In this document: piece after piece, positions 28,123-34,065 of the stretch
How positions within the stretch are numbered: position 1 is the stretch's first letter
Layout: every line of letters begins with the position of its first letter
Assembly (NCBI GenBank): GCA_937920185.1
Contig: CALGJN010000393.1
Span: forward strand, 1-34,065
Direction: 5' to 3'
DNA: 34,065 nucleotides
Source of the DNA: an uncultured Cellvibrionales bacterium
GTDB lineage: Bacteria > Pseudomonadota > Gammaproteobacteria > Pseudomonadales > Porticoccaceae
Made by a program: the position numbers and the translations under genes
The notes under the pieces: model-generated
The model's input: only the letters and a program-made list of their open reading frames with translations
Told to the model about the DNA's origin: nothing
Database searches by the model: none

Positions 28123-29244
28123 CTAACCTCCAGGCGCTGTTTGAGGTACCCGACGACCGAATCCAGTCAGGTAATAGGTCAAAAAATAGACACAGAGTTG
28201 AATCATAAAAACAATTACCCATTGTTCGCTCGTTACCGGCCACCATTCATATAGATAACCGATTAACGCGATGCCCGAGGTAGCCAAAACAATCAGTACA
28301 CCGGTAATGGAGTTCGCCATAGTCTTCGAGCGAAACCAGAGCTGGCAGTGATAATGCAATCGATTGTGCAAGTGATCGTTATCGGGAAGAAAAACCGACC
28401 GGCCCTGTATGCGTCGACGTGCCAGACTCACCAGAATATCAAGACACGGATAAGCAAGCATAACCGCAAGATAAGACGCAGAAAAAATACCCTCACTGAA
28501 CAGGAATAGACCCGAAAGAGCCAAAGCCGCACCCAAACCATAGGCGCCGGCATCACCCAAGAAAAGGCGCCCAGAAATTAAGTTAAAAATGGTAAACAGC
28601 GCACAACTCGTCATCAGGGTGGCATAGACAAAACCGCCTGTTTCCATATAAAAAACGCTAAAGCAGATCGTCAAAACACCCGGAATTAAACCATTTGCAC
28701 CATCCGCCATATTGATGGCGTTGATAAATCCTACGCAGAACACAGCGGTCAAAGCCCAACCTATAATCGGCAGCGCCATCAACTCGCTGATTATCTGCAC
28801 GCCAATATCGACGGGAATCAAAAAAGGCCATAGTCCTATCACCAAAGCAAAAATAAGCGTCTTACAGCACAAACGAAACATCGGCGTTAAATAATTATTG
28901 CGTAGATCTTCGACCAGACCCAATGCCGCACAAGCAATGACACCCAACCAGCCAAACCAGTAGATACCATAAAGCCGATCATAACCCTTCGACAACCCAG
29001 TATAGGTGCCGGCCAGAATCAAGCCAAAAATACAGATAAAAATCGACGCTCCGCCAAGTCTAGAGGCATTCGTCTGGGAGATTCCATGCTTATCACCAGC
29101 GTCTTTAGCGTATCTCTGTCGTGCCATCCACTGGAACAACAGCATAATAAGCAAACCGGAAAAACCAAAAAAGATCACCGCCAAAACTATGGTGGCGGCG
29201 AGTTTCATCAGATCTTTTTCGGACAGCACAAACACATTATTCAT
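28123..29244 (-). CDS. MraY/WecA-family undecaprenyl-phosphate HexNAc-1-P transferase
   Basis: SRLGG, LGLVEDL, NAINMADGANG, LFLGDAGA, PDNDHLHNRL; about 11 TM segments; start uncertain (29262, 29244 or 29208). Confidence 0.88.
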   Translation of the reverse strand: MNNVFVLSEKDLMKLAATIVLAVIFFGFSGLLIMLLFQWMARQRYAKDAGDKHGISQTNASRLGGASIFICIFGLILAGTYTGLSKGYDRLYGIYWFGWLGVIACAALGLVEDLRNNYLTPMFRLCCKTLIFALVIGLWPFLIPVDIGVQIISELMALPIIGWALTAVFCVGFINAINMADGANGLIPGVLTICFSVFYMETGGFVYATLMTSCALFTIFNLISGRLFLGDAGAYGLGAALALSGLFLFSEGIFSASYLAVMLAYPCLDILVSLARRRIQGRSVFLPDNDHLHNRLHYHCQLWFRSKTMANSITGVLIVLATSGIALIGYLYEWWPVTSEQWVIVFMIQLCVYFLTYYLTGFGRRVPQTAPGG

Positions 29245-29350
29245 AACCAACGTCCACAACACAAAATGATGCTAGAGTTTACTTAGTTCCGAACTAAAGA
29301 CGACTGCCTGATGCGCAACTCAAGCAGCCATGACTATCCTACAGCGGCCC

Positions 29351-30325
29351 TTATGACGCAGTGTTTTTCTGGCTGAAATTAACCACCAAAACTGCCATGA
29401 CGGCAAGCATGCCAGCCAAAAGGGTTGCCAGCACGCAGATTAATGCTCGTTTCGGTTGCGATTTCTCCTCGGGCACCATGCTCGGACTAACCGCAACGAA
29501 CACATACTCCGGGCTCGCTTCTGCGAGCATCTTGCTTTTAATTTGCTCTTGGATGATGGTATAAAATATCTCTTTCATTTCAGCAATTGAGGTTTTTTCG
29601 ATCTGCTCCTGCAAAAACTCAATATTGCTCGCCACTCTTTTAATTTGTCGATCCTGCATATAACGATTAACCGCGTCAACATACATATCGACCCAGGCCT
29701 TGGCTAACCTAGGGGAGTAGTACTCGATGGAAACGGAGACTAAATCGGTCTTTTTGTCCTCGACGACCGACAATTTTTCTAAAAACTCTTCATAAAGTTC
29801 CCAGCTACTCGGGGGCCGAAAACCGCCGTTATCCTCGTCGTCAATCACCCATCGCTGCTCAGCTTGATCAAACAAGGCGCCATTATATTGAAGGCGATTA
29901 GAGCGACTATCCCAACTCTCGACGGCGTAAACCTCAGCGGTTAAATCATTTTCATTGATAAAGCGTTCAATAAAACTCCATGATTGCATAATTTCTTGCG
30001 CGATCTGAGACTCATTAACCCCTCCACCGCCGACGCTGACACCCGCCAGTGAGGCTAAACCACCCAGTTGACCGAGTGCTCCCGACAATCCCCCCGATTG
30101 CTGCTGCGCCGGAGCCAAAACAACAACCGCCTTGTATTGATTGGGAATGGACACCGCATACCATACCGACAGCAGCCCACAGAGCAGGGTAAATGCCACA
30201 ATCGGTATCTTTGCCGCCCACAGCACGCCGAAAAGCTCGCGCAAATCAATCTCATCATCGTAGTAGGGGACGAGGGCAGGTGCGCCTTGGAATGCATCAT
30301 TTTTATCCATCTGCGGCCCCATCAT
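29351..30325 (-). CDS. wzz: Wzz-like polysaccharide chain-length regulator / co-polymerase
   Basis: DDEIDLRELF, N-terminal TM, LGGLASLAGV, proline-rich PEEKSQPKRALI before the C-terminal TM; start may be 30310. Confidence 0.88.
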   Translation of the reverse strand: MMGPQMDKNDAFQGAPALVPYYDDEIDLRELFGVLWAAKIPIVAFTLLCGLLSVWYAVSIPNQYKAVVVLAPAQQQSGGLSGALGQLGGLASLAGVSVGGGGVNESQIAQEIMQSWSFIERFINENDLTAEVYAVESWDSRSNRLQYNGALFDQAEQRWVIDDEDNGGFRPPSSWELYEEFLEKLSVVEDKKTDLVSVSIEYYSPRLAKAWVDMYVDAVNRYMQDRQIKRVASNIEFLQEQIEKTSIAEMKEIFYTIIQEQIKSKMLAEASPEYVFVAVSPSMVPEEKSQPKRALICVLATLLAGMLAVMAVLVVNFSQKNTAS

Positions 30326-32979
30326 CGCGTCGCCGCAGCTATCGAGGCCAATCCGGCGGTACTATTAAATACGATCTGGGTAATTTCGCGCCACAGCTTG
30401 ATGTTGTTGGTGTAATCCGAATCGATGGGCACAACGATGGTATCACCAGGGTCGAGCGCAACATTCGCGGTAAAGCGCACCCAACTGCTTTTTTGACGGA
30501 GAACTGAACCGTCTGATTTAACTATGTATAGTTCTTTATCATCGGCTCGAGCGGTCATGCCCGCTGAAAGCCCAATATAATCGTTCAGATCGAGATCCTG
30601 CTGAAAACTGTGGGTTCCAGGTCGGCGAATTTGTCCGACCACGGTCACCGTGGAGATGCGCGGCGGGACCATCACTTTATCGCCATCCTCGAGTGGTATA
30701 TTAGCCAACCGATCACCGGCAAGCGCCGCGTCAACGTCGACCAAAAGCCGGCCGGCGCCGACAAACTTATCCAGTTTGTCCGCTACCGAGGTGACCTCTT
30801 GGATATCGATCTGCTTCTCTTCCTTAGTTAATTGTGACGCCGCAAAATCCCGCACGATAGATTGCGCAAACTCTTTCGCTCTTAGGGTCTCAAGCGCCGC
30901 AACTGACTTCCGAGTAAACACTGTGCCCGACGAGAAGGCGTCCTCGTTTAGACCCCCAGCGCGCTGAATAACGCTAGAGAGGGTTTCACCCTTTTGAATG
31001 CGGTAGGTGCCGGGAAACTTGACCTCGCCCTCGACAACCACCTGTTCGTTTGGATTCCATCGTTGTATCGCTCGGATATGCAGGTGGTCTCTGGAAGTAA
31101 GTCGCATAGATCTGTTGTCTTGCTGCTCGAGGTCGAGTTCGACATAGCGACTGAACACCACGTCGTCATTGCCTAGATAGAGACTGCGCAATTCTGCTGC
31201 TTTCAGATACACCCGATCTTCCAAACCGCCGGCTGCAGCGATCAGCTTCACCGCGCTAAAATTGTTAGTCACCGGAAAAGTACCCGGTGATTTTACCGCT
31301 CCCGAAATCGATGCGGTTTGCACCGGCTCACCCGCGCGAGCTTGCGATTGAAGTTTGTCGATGATCGGAGTCAACAAGACATCGCGCTGCACCGCGGCAA
31401 CTTCTTTCAACAAATCGGATGCAAGCTCGTCTCGCGACAATTGCAAATCTTCAGTGCCATCGCTTTGTAACGAAGAAAGATCGGTTATATTGGCTATACC
31501 AAAAACGACAATCTTGTCCCGCGGTTGGGTTTCGATATCCTCATCCGATCCTTTATTGATGATCGCCGAAGCTAAATCGATCTGTAACACTTCGATATCG
31601 AGACGCTGATTTTTCTGCCTAACGACCAGGCAATAGCCGAGATCGGCATAATTTTTTAAATCGCCGTCGACCGACCTCAATAAGTCTGAAATGCGTTGCC
31701 CCTCAACCCAACCGTAAACACCCGGCCGCACCACAGCGCCCTCGATAGTCACAGCATTCTTAAGATTGGTGGTGCTTACCGGCACACTTACCAAATCGCC
31801 ATTTTTCAACATGGTGGGCTCGTTGTCGCTCGTCGATAGATCGATATTTATAACTTCTGGCAGCGCCCGATTAATTGCTTTACTAACCACCGAAACACCG
31901 GCCGCATAAGCATCTTGGTGAAAACCTCCAGCCATTTTTACCGAATCCATGACCGTTTCAGGAACCTTAAATTCGTAGATCATAGGTCGCTTGACCGCGC
32001 CGTGAACCGTCACAATACCATCGTATGGCGGAACAAAAACAACATCGCCAGATTGCAATCGCGAATCGCCCGAAGCGTCTCCCTTCATGAGCAAACTGTA
32101 TGCGTCAAACGTTGCCGCCACGCGGCCTCTGCGTTTAACTTGGATGTTCCGCAGTGAGCCAATTTCGCTGACGCCGCCCGCTTGAAAGAGCGCCTGCGTT
32201 ACCGTGGTCAAGGCCGACACCGAGTAGGCGCCCGGCACCGCTACCTCGCCGGCCATAAATACGTTAATGGCACGCAAACGACCCATTGAGACGGTAACTT
32301 CGGCACCGAGTAATTGCTCTGACACACGCTCTTCTATGGCGTGGCGCGCATCCTCAAAGGTCAATCCGGCCAAGCGAATTGGGCCTAATTTAGGTAGTGC
32401 AATTGCACCATTCCGGCTGATTTGCAAATCGTACTGATTGTTCTCTGTGCCGAAAAGATAAATGACCAGTCGATCGCCCGCGCCGAGCCGATAATTATCC
32501 GGCACGCTGGCATCGTCAGTGGGTGCAAATGTGCTGATATCGCGATCAAACAGTGTCATACCATAGCGTTGTGGTTTTGCATCTTCTGCGAGCGTCGACT
32601 TTTGAAATTCGGCATATTTTTCCTGAAAGAGTAAATACTCATCCATTTCTCGATCGTCGCCTCCGCGAGCTTGTTCGAGTGGCTCGCCGGGGCGTGCAAT
32701 ATCACTGGTTTTCGTGCCATCGCCTTTGCCTAGTCTGAGTTCATCCAAGTCGATGCCATACTGCGCCGCTAACGCCGCCTGCTGATCACGCGGCAGCGAC
32801 TGAAATTTTTCAAGCATCTGCGGCGAAATTCCCTGAGAAATCGTTGCGCTCGAAAATGCCATAAAGAACGTGAAACCAATGCCGTATAAGTACCCTTTGG
32901 GCACCCGTGCAATCCCGACATTATTGGTTATTGCGTATCCTCTAAGGCCCCCTATAACGCTTTTAACTAAACTCTCCAT
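30322..32979 (-). CDS. Polysaccharide export protein with Poly_export and multiple SLBB domains (OPX; KpsD/OtnA-like)
   Basis: NYRLGAGD, GEVAVPGAY, ALFQAGG, RLQSGDVVFVP, GEVKFPGTY, LDPGDTIVVP; exact start uncertain. Confidence 0.92.
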   Translation of the reverse strand: MESLVKSVIGGLRGYAITNNVGIARVPKGYLYGIGFTFFMAFSSATISQGISPQMLEKFQSLPRDQQAALAAQYGIDLDELRLGKGDGTKTSDIARPGEPLEQARGGDDREMDEYLLFQEKYAEFQKSTLAEDAKPQRYGMTLFDRDISTFAPTDDASVPDNYRLGAGDRLVIYLFGTENNQYDLQISRNGAIALPKLGPIRLAGLTFEDARHAIEERVSEQLLGAEVTVSMGRLRAINVFMAGEVAVPGAYSVSALTTVTQALFQAGGVSEIGSLRNIQVKRRGRVAATFDAYSLLMKGDASGDSRLQSGDVVFVPPYDGIVTVHGAVKRPMIYEFKVPETVMDSVKMAGGFHQDAYAAGVSVVSKAINRALPEVINIDLSTSDNEPTMLKNGDLVSVPVSTTNLKNAVTIEGAVVRPGVYGWVEGQRISDLLRSVDGDLKNYADLGYCLVVRQKNQRLDIEVLQIDLASAIINKGSDEDIETQPRDKIVVFGIANITDLSSLQSDGTEDLQLSRDELASDLLKEVAAVQRDVLLTPIIDKLQSQARAGEPVQTASISGAVKSPGTFPVTNNFSAVKLIAAAGGLEDRVYLKAAELRSLYLGNDDVVFSRYVELDLEQQDNRSMRLTSRDHLHIRAIQRWNPNEQVVVEGEVKFPGTYRIQKGETLSSVIQRAGGLNEDAFSSGTVFTRKSVAALETLRAKEFAQSIVRDFAASQLTKEEKQIDIQEVTSVADKLDKFVGAGRLLVDVDAALAGDRLANIPLEDGDKVMVPPRISTVTVVGQIRRPGTHSFQQDLDLNDYIGLSAGMTARADDKELYIVKSDGSVLRQKSSWVRFTANVALDPGDTIVVPIDSDYTNNIKLWREITQIVFNSTAGLASIAAATR

Positions 32980-32996
32980 ACCAAAAAAGATCCCTG

Positions 32997-33521
32997 CTAT
33001 TCAATAAGTTGTAAGGCGAATGCATTAGTGCTTTCGTCAGTGCGCTGCTTAATTCTGACAATGCGCCCAAGACTATCAACCAAAATGCTATTTGTATAGG
33101 CCTGCGCGCCTATACAAACCTGTCCGAACTTCGCTCCATCGGCAATCTTTCGACTCGTCCAAGGCCCGCACTGGTGTATGGCCACTATCCGCCCTTGAGA
33201 AACAAAACGTCATTCGCCGTCGACATCAACAATGCGTAATAGTTTATCAAATTGGTCAAAGCCACCGACTTGCCGAATAGACCAGCCGTCAAACTCTACA
33301 TAATCCGATTGATCGTTGAAAAAGAGTGTTTTCCCTGCGCCAATGAGCGGTTGCAGTACCGTTCGTCCCCCCATAAAACTAAGGATCCAATGGGTCTTTT
33401 CAGGCACGGTCTCGCTCTCAAAAAACTGTTTTTTTAACGTATCTAGCTGGCGCGATTCAATCGCACAACCGGCGATGTTAATAACGATGAATACCAGCCC
33501 AATATGTGCCGTCAACTTCAT
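32997..33521 (-). pseudogene. Hypothetical lipoprotein interrupted by one in-frame TGA (33210-33212)
   Basis: Lipobox IAGC; ORFs 33210-33521 and 32997-33185 are in the same frame, separated only by the TGA and 8 sense codons; about 174 codons in total. Confidence 0.7.
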
Positions 33522-33577
33522 GGCAACATTCTTTTAGTATGGTCTGTTAGAGCATCGTATCGAGCACCCCGCGTATC

Positions 33578-33603
33578 CCACCAAAGATTACCACCAAAGA
33601 TTA
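33578..33603. repeat. 13-bp tandem duplication CCACCAAAGATTA x2
   Basis: Read directly; it frameshifts the yjbH tail. Confidence 0.85.
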
Positions 33604-34018
33604 TCACTAAAGTTTTCTAACCTCTGGCCACCATCTCGTTAAATAGGGCGAACACTGTTGCTATAAGAACTCTGCGTTCTACGCCCCAGCAGACCGTCAA
33701 GCGGCACGCGAAAAAACATCCCTTGGTCGAAACTTCCTTCACCAAAATCGTCGAACGGTACGTCGGTGAGGGTCGCCCATAGACCCACCATCCAACCATT
33801 ACTAAACGTCAGGCGCAATTCAAAGGTTGCACCGACGTCTTTGGCCAGATATTTCCCGGCATGAATACCTAAATCCATATTATAAAAGGGGAGGCCCAAT
33901 AGACGCTCGCTAACGCAGTCGCGGTCGCGATCTTATAGTCTGAGTGCTTGAATGATCGATCGTCGTCGCGTTGACGAAGCCAATTGGCGCTTAAACCATA
34001 AGCCAGCCTTGACTGAAG

Positions 34019-34054
34019 AGGCTGAAAAGGCTGAAAAGGCTGAAAAGGCTGAAA
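34019..34054. repeat. 9-bp tandem repeat (AGGCTGAAA)4
   Basis: Four perfect copies inside the yjbH remnant, encoding FQP repeats. Confidence 0.92.
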
Positions 34055-34065
34055 ACACGGTAATG

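Larger units (their letters stand above)
33518..34065 (-). pseudogene. yjbH: 3' part of a YjbH/GfcD-family outer-membrane polysaccharide protein, inactivated; runs off the window
   Basis: NWLRQRD, VYWASPF (frameshift) YNMDLGIHAGKYLAKDVGATFE, FGEGSFDQG, RPI*RDGGQRL; a 13-bp duplication near the end; the repaired stop overlaps the next ATG. Confidence 0.88.

Noticed and set aside
25530-34065. Stop-codon reassignment or selenocysteine explaining the in-frame stops
   Set aside because: TAA, TAG and TGA all occur as interruptions along with frameshifts, and all three end intact genes normally.
25530-34065. Sequencing error as the cause of the pseudogenes
   Set aside because: Lesions cluster in particular genes and include large deletions and motif decay, while long neighbouring genes are clean; read mapping is still needed to exclude it fully.
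1-34065. tRNA, rRNA, IS, integrase or prophage genes
   Set aside because: None recognised; nearly all of the sequence is accounted for by the listed genes, remnants and short spacers.

Overview
Bacterial chromosomal window, most consistent with a marine gammaproteobacterium (inferred from gene content, not verified). It has two contrasting halves. The left part (1-23.7 kb) is a nearly intact catabolic supercluster. It holds phenylacetate genes (paaG divergent from paaZABCDE across a PaaX-type operator, paaY, and a collapsed paaH remnant). It also holds a MarR-controlled homogentisate operon (hmgA-fahA-MBL hydrolase-FAD monooxygenase-DUF2783-like small protein-maiA) lying between paaE and paaY, the leucine/isovalerate liuRABCDE operon with its LiuR box, and a MATE transporter. 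The right part (23.7-34 kb) has a secreted two-repeat hypothetical protein and an eroding surface-polysaccharide locus. There the SLBB export protein, Wzz, a WecA-like transferase and a PfkB kinase are intact. In contrast yjbH, a lipoprotein, an EPS-associated MarR regulator, tviB/wbpO, a DegT-family aminotransferase and rfbD are pseudogene remnants, several fused by large deletions. At least nine unrelated short tandem repeats (5-14 bp units) sit almost only in spacers and pseudogenes. The best candidate for a little-characterised system is the MBL + flavin monooxygenase + small-protein module feeding homogentisate. All calls come from motif recognition by eye; no searches were run.
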